NCBI GenBank assembly: GCA_043228905.1
Contig: JBHGNT010000021.1
Span: 6,820,001 to 6,884,000, forward strand
Length of the DNA: 64,000 bases
Source: Azolla caroliniana
Lineage: Eukaryota; Plantae; Polypodiophyta
Direction of reading: 5' to 3'
Positions 44,601 through 56,469 of this stretch are shown in pieces (within the stretch, counting starts at the first letter, position 1; each line of letters starts with the position of its first letter). Both the position numbers and the translations under genes were made by a program. The notes under the pieces were generated by a model, which saw nothing but the letters and a program-made list of their open reading frames with translations, was not told where the DNA came from and searched no databases.

Positions 44601-45366
44601 CGAAACCAGTCGGATCGACACTCCCGGCAAACTGCAGACTATCCGGTAAGCAAAGCCCGAAGACGAAAGCAGAGAAGGCGGATATGATGAAGGTGTCATA
44701 TGCCTCTACCGTCGGGAGCTTACTGTACACAATGGTGTGTACTCGACTGGATATTGGATACGCAGTCGAAGTGGTGAGCCGGTTTATGAGCAATCCCGGC
44801 AAGGAGCACTAGAACGCGGTCAAATGGATACTCTGGTACTTGAAGGGCACTTCGAATATATGTCTCCGATTCAGCTCCGGTAAACCTCAACTTGACGGTT
44901 TTACCGATTCGGACATGTCAGCTGATGTGGATACCAGCCGGTCTACATCTGGGTATGTAATGACATATGCAGGGGGAGCTGTTTCGTGGCAGTCAAGGCT
45001 GCAGAAGACGGTTGCGTTGTCAACCACGAAGGCGGAGTACATGGCGGCTGTGGAAGCTAGCAAGGAAATATTATGGATGAAGGACTTCATCGATGAGCTC
45101 GGTATTCAGCAAGATGAATATCGCTCTATTGCGACAGTCAAAGTGCCATCCACCTTGCTAAGAACGCAGCGTACCATTCCAGGACGAAGCACATCCAGCG
45201 TAGGTATCACTAGATCCGGGAGCGAGTAGAAGATCGAGAGTTCGCGCTGACGAAGATCCACACGGCCAAGAACGGGTCAGATATGCTGACCAAAGTACTG
45301 ATACCCGACAAGCTGGATGCATGTCGGAAGCGGATCGGACTAGTAAGACATCCCATGCCGGAGTGA
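41673..45366 (+). pseudogene. gag-pol: copia B gag-pol, 3' part, disrupted
   Basis: ORFs 41673-43094, 43073-44812 and 44840-45229; protease DSG changed to NFG; closely similar to copia A pol. Confidence 0.9.
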
Positions 45367-46053
45367 AGGGGGAGTTTGTTAGGAAACAGGTCCCTCCGGA
45401 TGGGAAGTGAGAAAAATCGGATGACGAGTACCCGGTGAGAACCGGATGTGGAGTACCCAGCAATGGAAGACCCGGTGAGAACCAGATGACGAGTACCCTG
45501 CAACGGAAGAACCAGTGAGAACCGGATGACGAGTACCCGGTAAGGAAGACCCGGTGAGAACCGGATGTTGCAGGCCCAGTGAGAACCTCTCATCGCATGG
45601 AAGGGACATATATGTAAATATGTTCCAGAGAGCCCACTAGGGCTATATTTGTAAATAGCCCGAAAGTCATATTAGTATAAATATGACCTAGGGCAAACTT
45701 AATATGATGATGATAGAGTTATTGGTGTAACTTCCGTACAATGCGTAAAAGAGAGAGAGAGCGATATACAGCGATTGTGTCTCTGTTGTAACCATCGCGA
45801 GGCGAAAATTGTGAGCAAGAGGTCATTGCCTCTGTGCTCCCTATTGTATTACTTTACATAGTGATAGTTTGGAGTTTGTGGACTCCCATGGTTTTTCCCT
45901 CTTAGGGTTTTCCACGTTAATATCCTATGTATTCTCTTTCTGTTTTGTGTACTTACCTCCATTCCCATTTCGTCTGTGTTTTTTTTATTATCATCAAGTG
46001 ATCTACGCTTCAGTTGTGGCCGGAGATTAATCCGCGTATTTCGCGTCACTTTG

Positions 46054-48102
46054 GCCATCATCTGCTTGAACTTGGAAGCCGATACCAGATGATCATATAT
46101 AATGTTTTAGCCAAGTGGTCGGGCTCAGAAGAGTTCACATGTTTCCCACATGGAGGAGGGGAAAGCACAGTTGATTACCTAATAGGACACCATGAAGCCA
46201 CCCACATGGTTATCTCCTTCCAAGTGGCCAGATGCCCCATTGGTGCAGACCATAGTTTCCTATACTTTGAGCTAAAATGTGACACCTCCCACTCCACCAA
46301 CTCTAATCAACCAACCCATCACACCATAATACATTTCACGCATGGGCTCGTTGACATCTACTCTCGACATGTTCAAGCCCATCTCTCCTCTTTTGATTCT
46401 TCCTTGCCTTTAGAGAACCTCACTACAGAACTCACACACATCCTTCACTCAGCAACAATTAGTAGCTTCCCATACACGAAAGACTCCAATCATAGTAGAA
46501 TAGGGTCTATGCCACATAACAAGTAGTATGATGAGGATTGTAGAGAGTTGTATAGACAACTTAAAGTGCCGCGACTTAGTGGTACTATTTCCTGAGTATA
46601 GGCTCGCAAAGAGATGCGCAAGATGACACGTCGTAAAAGACGAGCTTGGGAAGCATCTCAATATTGGGAAATCTACCATATGCTCATGAGTAGGGACTAC
46701 GCCCTTGCATGGAAGAGACTACGGGAACAAAGACCAAAAACACCCATCGAGGATCCCAATATTTGGCACACATATATCGAGAGACTCTACCATGTCCCGA
46801 ACCAACCACCCATTCCAATGCCTTCCACACCTCGACCTACCATGGGGACATTTTTCACGACCTCTAAGGTCACAAAGGTCATAAAAAAATTACAACATAG
46901 GAAATCCATGGACCACACAAGATTGCGAGCCAAGCACATCATATATGCTTGAGAGTGCCTAGCGCCTCTTCTCACTCTAATCTTCAACCACGCCCACGCC
47001 GAGGGTTTTCCACCACAATGGGCCATGAACACAGTGGCCCCTATCATAAAGGAGGGGACCCAATGGACCCAAATACATATAGGACCATTATGATAGGTCA
47101 TACGCTCGCTAAACTATATGGTGTTGTAATGGAAGCGGAGCTCAGCGATTATATGGAAACATTATGTCTTCGAGCACCTGAGCAGGCTCGCTTTAGACGA
47201 GCCTTCTCCACTATTGACCATATTTTCACACTTAGGTGCTTAATTGACCAGACGAAGGCTCGTAAGAAGAAACTATATTGTTGCTTTGTGGACTTCTGCA
47301 AAGCCTTTGACACAATTCCTAGGGAGAGGTTGTTTGATAGACTTAAGAGCTTGGAGATACCAAATGACATCATCTGGGCCATTTATGCCCTATATGAGCA
47401 AGTCTTTGGGTGCATAAGATGCCCAGGTGGCCTATCTGATTGTTTCACTAGCACCATTGGTGTAAAACAAGGTTGCCCCCTATCACCGACTCTTTTTGGG
47501 ATCTACATTGATGAGATCAATGATTTTATTGCTCGTAAGGAAGGCAAGGGAGTAGCTATTGGGGATATGCAAGTTAGTCTCTTACTCTACGCAGACGACA
47601 TTGTCTTGCTCTCGGAGTCGGAACACAACCTACAAAAGCATCTTAATGCCCTAGATGACTTTTGTACACAACGAGGATTGGTAGTGAATCTGGCGAAAAC
47701 TAAAGTCCTTATCTTTCATACATCGTCTCGAGTTAGGGGTAAATGTCACCTAATCCTCTCTCATAAACTAGTTGAGGTCGTGGGATCATATGTATACTTG
47801 GGAGTCACTTTTAGTGCCCGCTCAGGTAAATTCTCGATGACCCAAGCAGCCAAAGATAGGCTAACAAGAGATTATGCACCCCTCTCACTCTTAGAGAGGC
47901 AATGCCACCATGCATACTTTAAAGAGCCACGGACTAAGGGATGGCTCTTCGACTCATTAGTGACCCCTTCCCTCATGTCTGCATCAGTAGTATGGGCTCC
48001 AGGTCTACCATCTTTCATGTGGACGCAATTAGAGAGACATTTGGTGACGATGTTATCGCGTCAATTCCGAAGCAAATCGACAGTACCACATGACATTATT
48101 AG
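46054..48102 (+). pseudogene. LINE ORF2 (end of endonuclease, RT), disrupted and 3'-truncated
   Basis: STVDYLI, GADH, FVDFCKAFD, GVKQGCPLSP, LLYADD; same family as 9955-12252. Confidence 0.88.
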
Positions 48103-48747
48103 TGCAACGTCACACATGTACATGGTAAAAATGTAAATAGAAATAAACTGGATATCTGCTCCAACCAGTCAAAGAGACGAGTGCAAGGACCGAATCTGAT
48201 GGATCGGGTGGAGTCGGTGGTTCAGCGAGTCTGGTGGATCAGGTGGAGCCGGTGGTTCCGTTGGAGAGGTTGGGCGAGCTCGAAGTGGAACGACAATGGA
48301 GACGAGATCCCCGACCAAGGATGTGGTCAGCCTGGGAGTTGACGGTTTAGAACTGGCAGCGACCAACGCGGAAGTCGACTGTCGATTCGGTAGGAGACCC
48401 GGTTGATCACCGTCGCCAAAATCCTTAATCTTCTTTTCCCTTTCTTGGCATATTCCAGTGGATGTGCAGTTTGGTGGGGGTAGATGTCGTGAGGATTTCC
48501 GGAAACGGTGAGAAAACCAAGTGGATGTGCAACGTCGCACATGCTAAATCCAGCATGATGTCGTGGATATCCACGTGGATGTGTAGAAACGGGGTGGGAC
48601 CGCCGGGTTCTTGGACCAAGGAGTCAGTAAGGGGAGGAAGAGTATCTGGATCAGTCTCTGGATAACTTCACCGGATCGCGGTCCAAACACGTATCCGATC
48701 CGAACCAATCTCTAGATGTCGGATCATGAGCACAATGGCTCAGACGT

Positions 48748-51700
48748 TGTTGTGCCTTTCGGCGCCGGATCGTTTGCATGAGTCGGGTGGGAACCGCTGG
48801 GAGGAAGAAGAATTTGAGGTTAATTTAGTTATGAATGGATTTTAAGAGATATAAAAAACCTCGTGATTCCCACGAGTATAATGTATTTTATTAGATCAAT
48901 ATTAAGATAAGAATATGAATTTGGATTGAAAGAGAGAATATAGAAACCTCGTGAATCCTACGAGTATAAATTATTAACTGGTGTTTTAGAAATATATCCA
49001 ATTTCCAAAAGATTTCACACTTATTACATTGTGCTCCCCATCCTTATATACTGATGAGAGAGTCTTAGCAATCCATGCTTTTTCTCTAACTATAGACTAT
49101 ATGCTTTCTCTAACATGCTTTTTCTAAAAGTGATCATGTTTTTTTTTCTAACCTCATGTGTTTTTATCGACTATAGTGTTCATGCACACTAGATGTGCAT
49201 GTGTAGCTTTTTTCTATCATGCATTTTTCTTCTAACTAAAGCTTTTTCCAAGAAAATATGCGCAAAATAACCTTTCTATGTGGGATACTTTTTTAACATT
49301 CATGATGTATTAGTGTAATGGTAAGCCTTCAAATTATTAACATGGAGGTACAAGGTTTGAATCTTGCCCTATGCATGTAACACGTATTATCATTGTTTCT
49401 TCGTTTTCTTCATATTTATTAAATCGGGTACTTTATACATTTTTCACGTAGTGTACGAAATACACTACGACACTCGCCCCCTCCGAACCCACACATCCTC
49501 CGATATGTGCCGAAATTGTCAGAGCTCGTTATTCTCCATCCGTAATACCCTCTGTTTCTCTCGCTATGTCGACTTTGTCTCTCCATTTTGAGCACATCCA
49601 TTCTTTCCACCTGAACCATTATCGCCATCCGATCCACCATATTCTTCGTTCACTCTTTGCATGGCCATGACCAGTTGTCATGACTCCTTGTCCTCTTTTT
49701 GAGCTTAGCCCTTCATGTCTCGTGCATGTGGCACCTTCGTTCCGACTATCTCCTTGGTCAAGACACTTCGCACTTTGTCCACCTTCATCGTACAATCTCG
49801 CATTAGAGTTGACAATCTTCATGTTAGAGCCCTCTTTCTTTTTCGAGATCTCATCCTTAGTAACACCCTTCAAATCCTCTTGGCCCGCTTGGTCCTTGCC
49901 ATCCATGGTAGTGTCTTTTCTTGGCCTCTTCTTTGTCTTCATCAATCTCGACTTCTTTCCTGATTGGTCTCGTCCGATCGGCTTCCGATCGGATTCGTAT
50001 TCGGCCGAATCGGACTCGGTTGATCGGTTTCGACTGAGTCGGCCCCCTTCTGGTTCGGGTTCGACCCATCAGTTTCGATCTGGGTTGACTTTCTTTTCTT
50101 CCATATTCGACCAGTTCGACTTTCATTTAGATCGGAATTTCGGACGGATCATCTTCCATCTGAATCGGCTTCTGACTTTACCTTCCTTACCATCACCTCC
50201 CGTCTCTTCGGTCTCACATTGGTTCTCGGACACAACCGCCGAAGTCTCTAGAATTAGTGGGCAAGAATCCTCAGTATTATCGTCCTCCATCGTTTCATGC
50301 AAAGCCGCCTTCGTTTTCTCTCCGCCACCTTCAGCAACTACCAAAATCTCTGGAATTAGTGCTGGGAGAGTCTTGCCTCGGCCATCCGCCATTGACTCAT
50401 CCATAGCCACCTCCGATTCGATGTCATCTTTCGTGACTACCTCCTCAATCACGTCCGCCTCGCACTCTTTATCTCCCTCGATCATGCAAGCATCGATTAT
50501 GCTTACCCCTTTTTCACTCGATGTTTCGGACACTTGTGTCCCGAAACCTTCTTCCACCCTTGAAGTAGCATTCGCCACTCTCAAGTCATTGACCTTATCC
50601 TTGGTCGTTGTTCTTTTGCAAGAAGAGAGGATAGCTTGTTCCACACCCTCTCCCGTAGTACTATCATATTGTATTTCGGCCTTCATATCGGCCACATCAT
50701 TCATTCTCAATCGATCATCCCTCATGGACCATGTTGATGCCAACGAGATTCTCGTCTTCCTCTTATCATGTCTTCGGCTTTCGACTTCGACTTCGACCCA
50801 ATCCTCGGTGAGGCCATTTGCACCATCATCGTCTTCAAGTTCAATCTTGATGGTCATCCTTTCTTTCTGATCAATCGATCTTACAAACATTAGGACTTTA
50901 TCCATCCCCACCAATCATTGTTCCCGCTCCGAGAGTTGAGCAAAATGATGCTCGAACTCTAGGAATGCTTTGTGTCATGCTTTGGTGGTTCTTCATCGAT
51001 GCCACCCACAGGTCAAACTCGTGTCGATTTCGTCCCTTCAGTTTCTCATAGTCATATGCCTCTCGTAAAGCTTCTTCAAAGGACCCCCATGTCGGTTTTT
51101 GTTGTCGTATCTTGTGGATTCTCTCTTGTAGCTCATCCGTGGCCACCCAACTGAAGGATATCACTTGCAATCCTTCTGGTATCCCACATCGCATCATCTC
51201 CGCCTTGTAGTCACATAGATAGCGTGACGCATCCTTTCCGTTGAATTGTTTGTTTCGTTGTACGAGCCGCTTTACTACCGTCGTGATCTCCGACATTGCT
51301 CGTTGTTCTTGTAGCATCCGCTCGAACATCATCATCATTCGTTTTCACCGCCTCTTGTTGATTCTCCATCTCCTTGCCACCCGTCTTCATGTCGGGTTCA
51401 CCAACTATGTTGTGCCTTTCGGCGCCAGATCGTTTGCGTGAGTCGGGTGGGAACCGCTAGGGTTTTGGACTAGGAGGCAGAAGAATTTGAGGTTAATCTA
51501 GTTATGAATAGATTTTAAGAGATATAAAAAACCTTGTGATTCCCACGAGTATAATGTATTTTATTAGATCAATATTAAGATAAGAATATGAATTTGGATT
51601 GAAAGAGAGAATATAGAAACCTCGTGAATCCCACAAGTATAAATTATTAACTGGTGTTTTAGAAATATATCCAATTTCCAAAAGATTTCACACCTATTAC

Positions 51701-52146
51701 ATTGTGCTCCCCATCCTTATATAGTGATGAGAGAGCCTTAGTAAATCCACGCTTTTTCTCTAAGTATAGACTATATGCTTTCTCTAACATGCTTTTTCTA
51801 AAAGTGATCGTGCTTTTTTTTCTAACCTCATGCGTTTTTATCGACTATAGTGTTCATGCACGCTAGATGTGCATGTGTAGCTTTTTTCTATCATGCGTTT
51901 TTCTTCTAACTAAAGCTTTTTCCTAGAAAATATGCGCGAAATAACTTTTCTATGTGGGATACTTTTTTAACACTCATGATGTGTTAGTGTAATGGTAAGC
52001 CTTCAAATTATTAACATGGAGGTACAAGGTTTGAATCTTGTCCTATGCACGTAACATGTATTCTCATATTTTCTTCGTTTTCTTCATATTTATTAAATCG
52101 GGTACTTTATACATTTTTCACGTAGTGTACGAAATACACTACGACA
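48748..52146 (-). mobile_element. non-autonomous Gag-only LTR element related to the Trp-primed gypsy
   Basis: LTRs 48748-49472 and 51408-52146; PBS TTCATGTCGGGTTCACCA 51386-51403; PPT GGAGGGGGCGAG; gag FNGKDASRYL..EMMRCGIPE and MFVRSID..GLTEDW homologous to 25797-27923; no PR, RT or INT. Confidence 0.88.
50123..51338 (-). pseudogene. gag: gag-like ORF with a long acidic low-complexity tail, frameshifted near 50900
   Basis: ORFs 50898-51338 and 50123-50914. Confidence 0.75.
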
Positions 52147-52756
52147 ATGCGCACACTATTCCGGACTGGTCACTGGGTGTCAGACGATGAGCACACTGGT
52201 TCAAACACGATGAGCACACTGGTTCAGACACGCACACTATTCCAGAATGGTGGCCGGATAGTAGATGAAGAGCTCATGGGCTTACAAACACGGACAACGC
52301 GCGAGGTGGATGAAAATAGAAAGGGAAATATGGGCTCAACACCGAGAAAAGAATTGAACACAATAGACAAATGGATTAAATACCCAAGGAATTGCAACAG
52401 GACTGAACTGGCAATAGAGCTATGCGCTCCCAAAAACACACACACACACACACACACCGACTCTAGTGGACCTCTGATTGGGAGCACACAGGCTTCCTAC
52501 GCGAAACAAAGGCCTCACTACCACTCAACGGATACAAAGATTACGACACAAAAATCTGCAAAGCTCGGTTCGGCAGCACTTCGTTCTCCCAAATCGTGGA
52601 TCCCCCCAAAAAGAGTTCAAATCTCCCCTTTTTATAGTACAAAGGGGAGGCCGTTAGATCATACATCAAGACATCTGATTCTGCCTGCGATTCCTATGGT
52701 CGTTCACATGCTCTCAGCCCCCTTTTCTTCCTATGTCCGGAATCCTTCATGTTACG

Positions 52757-53850
52757 AGCATGACCATACTTTAACCACGTGTATCCAAGATCCCTTTGCT
52801 CATGTTCCTCTCTTTCGGGAACAATTGTCGGTGTTGTTTGCAAAATTGACAGGCCTCACAAACACCTACAATCTCCTTTTTGGTGAATGTCGAGAATCCG
52901 ATTACAACTCCTTTAAGCTTTTGGCGATTGATGTGGCCAATTCGCTTGTGCCACAGTTTCAAGTCAGTTTCGACTTTGAAGCCTTTGGCGAACATAGCCG
53001 ACTTCACCTCGTTCGATTCGAGGATGAACATTCAGCCTTCTCTTCGACCGTGAGCGACTAATCGGCCTTCTTTCTCAATAAAGCACCCTTCATTATTGAA
53101 TCGTACTTGCATGCCTTGTTTGACAATTTGGCCTATCGAGACCAGATATTTCGTGATGGTTGGGACATGTAGCACGTTCTTTACGTAGGTTTGTTTGTCA
53201 TCCTTCCCGAATAGGACATTTCCGATATGCCGAATCCGGTGAGTTGTGTCGTCTCCGGTTTTGACATAGCTGGATCGATCGGGCTTTCTCAACTCTCGGA
53301 ACCAGTCTTCATGAGATGTCATGTGATTGGATGTTCCTGAGTCCACAAACCATACATCTTTTGAGGATGAGGTGCTAGTCAGGTCCTGTGCTGACATCGA
53401 ATGAGCTTTGTGCCTCATTACGAACATTCCGCCATGATCTTCATAATCAAAATTCGTGGTGTAATTTGTGAGTTGTCTTCTGATCAAAGCTGCCTCTTGC
53501 TTCTTCTTTCGGCACTCCTCTTCATAGTGGCCAAGTTTTCCACAATATCCACATTCGATCGGGTTGTACCCGGCTACGGAGAGCCGAATGGTGCATACCC
53601 GGTGAGAACCGGATGAGGAGTACCCGGCTACAAACCATACATCTTTTGAGGATGAGGTGCTAGTCAGGTCCTGTGCTGACATCGAATGAGCTTTGTGCCT
53701 CATTACGAACATTCCGCCATGATCTTCATAATCAAAATTCGTGGTGTAATTTGTGAGTTGTCTTCTGATCAAAGCTGCCTCTTGCTTCTTCTTTCGGCAC
53801 TCCTCTTCATAGTGGCCAAGTTTTCCACAATATCCACATTCGATCGGGTT
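52757..53850 (-). pseudogene. copia remnant (CCHC knuckle, protease, GAG-pre-integrase)
   Basis: CGYCGKLGHYEEEC, WFVDSGTSNHMT, LWHKRIGH, CEAC; its gag continues at 56470-56960. Confidence 0.85.
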
Positions 53851-53914
53851 GTACCCGGCTACGGAGAGCCGAATGGTGCAGACCCGGTGAGAACCGGATG
53901 AGGAGTACCCGGCT
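53345..53914. repeat. 285-bp tandem duplication spanning a junction between two elements
   Basis: 53345-53629 is nearly identical to 53630-53914. Confidence 0.9.
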
Positions 53915-56469
53915 ACGGAGAGCCGGATGGTGCAGACCCGGTGAGAACCGGATGAGGAGTACCCGGCTACGGAGAGCCGGATGGTGCAGACCCGGTGAGA
54001 ACCGGATGAGGAGTACCCGGCTACGGAGAGCCGGATAGTGTAGACCCGGTGAGAACCGGATGAGGAGTACCCGGCTACGGAGAGCCGGATGGTGTAGACC
54101 CGGTGAGAACCGGATGAGGAGTACCCGGCTACGGAGAGCCGGATGGTGCAGACCCGGTGAGGAGTGCTCACCGGACGAAGAGACATATTCGTAAATATGT
54201 TTCTGAGAGTCCATCATGGCTATATTTGTAAAAAGCCGAAAAGTCATATTAGTATAAATATGACTTAGGGCAAACTTTTGTTGTGGTCATTCTCGTTGGT
54301 GCGAGAAGAGAGAGAGCGTGTAACCGTGTACAGAGAGAGAGAGAGAAAGAGGTTGTTGCCTCTGTTGTAACCGCCGCCTATGGCGAGGATAGTGAGCACG
54401 AGGTCGTTGCCTCCGTGAACTCACTGTTGTACATTCTAACATAGTGATAGTTTGCAGCCTGTGGGCTGCCATGGTTTTTCCCTTAGTTTGGGTTTTCCAT
54501 GTAAACATCCTGCGTACTCTTCTCTTCTTCGTGTCGTGCTTTATTTCCCGTTTTCTGTGTATGATTCTAAGCTCGGTTGTGGCCGAGCGTTGCGTATACG
54601 GAGTGTGCAGTTCTTGTCAAGTGGTATCACAGCGAAACGACACAAAAAATGGACGAATCGTTTGGCGGCATGTTCAATCTCACCGGCTCCAACTATTCAG
54701 TGTGGTAGTCGAAGATGAGGGACATGCTCGTGGTTAAAGATCTTTGGTTACCGGTTCAGTTCGGGGACAAGAGACCGGACAAGATCGACGCCACAATATG
54801 GGAGGTGATGCACATGAAGACAACGGCGTACATACGGTGCTTCATCGACATGATCCTATACAACAACTTCAATGAAGAGAGCAAGGCTCATGAGCTCTGG
54901 GAGAAGATCGGCATTATGTTTCAAAACAAAAATGCTGTTAATCAGGTTTCGGTATTCCAGAAGCTAGTAAGACTCCGGTACCAAGATGGCTCCAGCATGG
55001 CGGAGCACATGAATGCCTTCCAGCGGCTGATTCACCAGGCAGCTTCATTGGAAGTACCTCTCGCCAATGTGTTACAAGCACTACTCAATGGTGAGCCGGT
55101 TTATGAGCAATCCCGGCAAGGAGCACTAGAACGCGGTCAAATGGATACTCCGGTACTTGAAGGGCACTTCGAATATGTGTCTCCAATTCAGCTCCGGTAA
55201 ACCTCAACTTGACGGTTTCACCGATTCGGACATGTCGGCTGATGTGGATACCAGCCGGTCTACATCCGGGTATGTAATGACATATGCAGGGGGAGCTGTT
55301 TCGTGGCAGTCGAGGCTACAGAAGACGGTTGCACTGTCAACCACGGAGGCGAAGTACATGGCGGTTGTGGAAGCCGGCAAGGAAATATTATGGATGAAGG
55401 ACTTCATCAGAGAGCTCGGTATCCGGCAAGATGAGTACCGGCTCTATTGCGACAGTCAAAGTGCCATCCACCTTGCTAAGAATGCGGCCTACCATTCCCG
55501 GACGAAGCATATCCAGCGAAGGTACCACTGAATCCAGGAAAGAGTAGATGACCAGGAGTTCGCGCTGACGAAGATCCACACAGCCGAGAACAGGTCAGAT
55601 ATGTTGACCAAAGTGTTGATACCCGACAAGCTGGATGCATGCCGGAAGCAGATCGGACTAGTAAGACACCCCATGCCGAAGTGAAGGGGGAGTTTGTTGG
55701 GAGACAGGTCCCTCCGGATGGGAAGGGAGACGAACAATGCCGCAACCGTATGAGGAGTACCCGACTACGGAGAGCCGGATGGTGCAGACCCGGTGAGAAC
55801 CGGATGAGGAGTACCCGGCTACGGAGAGCCGGATGGTGCAGACCTGTTGAGAACCGGATGAGGAGTACCCGGCTACGGAGAGCAGGATGGTGCAGACCCG
55901 GTGAGAACTGGATGAGGAGTACCCGGCTACGGAGAGCCGGATGGTGTAGACCCGGTGAGAACCGGATGAGGAGTACCCGGCTACGGAGAGCCGGATGGTG
56001 CAGACCCGGTGAGGAGTGCTCACCGGACGAAGAGACATATTCGTAAATATGTTTCTAAGAGTCCATCATGGCTATATTTGTAAAAAGCCGAAAAGTCATA
56101 TTAGTATAAATATGACTTAGGGCAAACTTTTGTTGTGGTCATTCTCGTTGGTGCGAGAAGAGAGAGAGCGTGTAACCGTGTACAGAGAGAGAGAGAAACA
56201 GGTCGTTGCCTCTGTTGTAACCGCCGCCTGTGGCGAGGATCGTGAGCACGAGGTCGTTGCCTCCGTGAACTCACTGTTGTACATTCTAACATAGTGATAC
56301 TTTACAGCCTATGGGCTGCCGTGGTTTTTCCCTTAGTTTGGGTTTTCCACATAAACATCATGCGTACTCTTCTCTTCTTCGTGTCGTGCTTTATTTCCTG
56401 TTTTCTATGTATGATTCTGAGCTCGGTTGCGGCCGAGCGTTGCGTATAGGGAGCGTGCAGTTCCTGTCA
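53851..56469 (+). mobile_element. internally deleted copia (copia D, related to copia B)
   Basis: 5'-truncated LTR 53851-54619, PBS TGGTATCACAGC 54622-54633, gag joined to RT end/RNaseH at about 55065-55090, PPT, 3' LTR 55695-56469. Confidence 0.9.
55745..56015 (+). repeat. 54-bp tandem repeats in the copia D LTR U3 (also 53851-54162)
   Basis: Unit CCGGATGAGGAGTACCCGGCTACGGAGAGCCGGATGGTGCAGACCCGGTGAGAA, 5-6 copies. Confidence 0.92.

Larger units (their letters stand above)
35069..46048 (+). mobile_element. degenerate copia (copia B) carrying a nested copia
   Basis: LTRs 35069-35774 and 45377-46048, TSD CTTTG (35064-35068 / 46049-46053), PBS-Met 35778-35789, gag from 35806, gag-pol resuming 41673-45366 with frameshifts and stops. 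Confidence 0.95.
20940..48102 (+). mobile_element. RTEX-like LINE (5' UTR, ORF1, APE-RT ORF2) split by three LTR insertions and truncated at the 3' end
   Basis: Segments 20940-21583, 28617-28633, 33993-35068 and 46054-48102 rejoin after removing the elements and TSDs; the ORF1 junctions are in frame. Confidence 0.82.
48103..52756. repeat. unclassified repeat (possibly one LTR-like unit on the minus strand) interrupted by the 48748-52146 element
   Basis: The left flank GAGCACAATGGCTCAGAC continues as GCACACTATTCC and matches the local repeat at 52211-52245; minus-strand TATAAAA near 52630. Confidence 0.3.

Noticed and set aside
49680-50870. 396-aa plus-strand ORF with a hydrophobic stretch as an antisense or env-like gene
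   Set aside because: It is the complement of a purine-rich gag-like strand, so stop codons are rare by composition; it is Ser-rich with no recognisable motif.
52147-53061. 304-aa ORF as a host gene
   Set aside because: It begins at an LTR edge, crosses a (CA)n microsatellite and runs antisense through a copia fragment.
53851-54162. Regular 54-bp repeats as a CRISPR-like array
   Set aside because: The units are head-to-tail with no unique spacers, and the same block recurs in the paired LTR.
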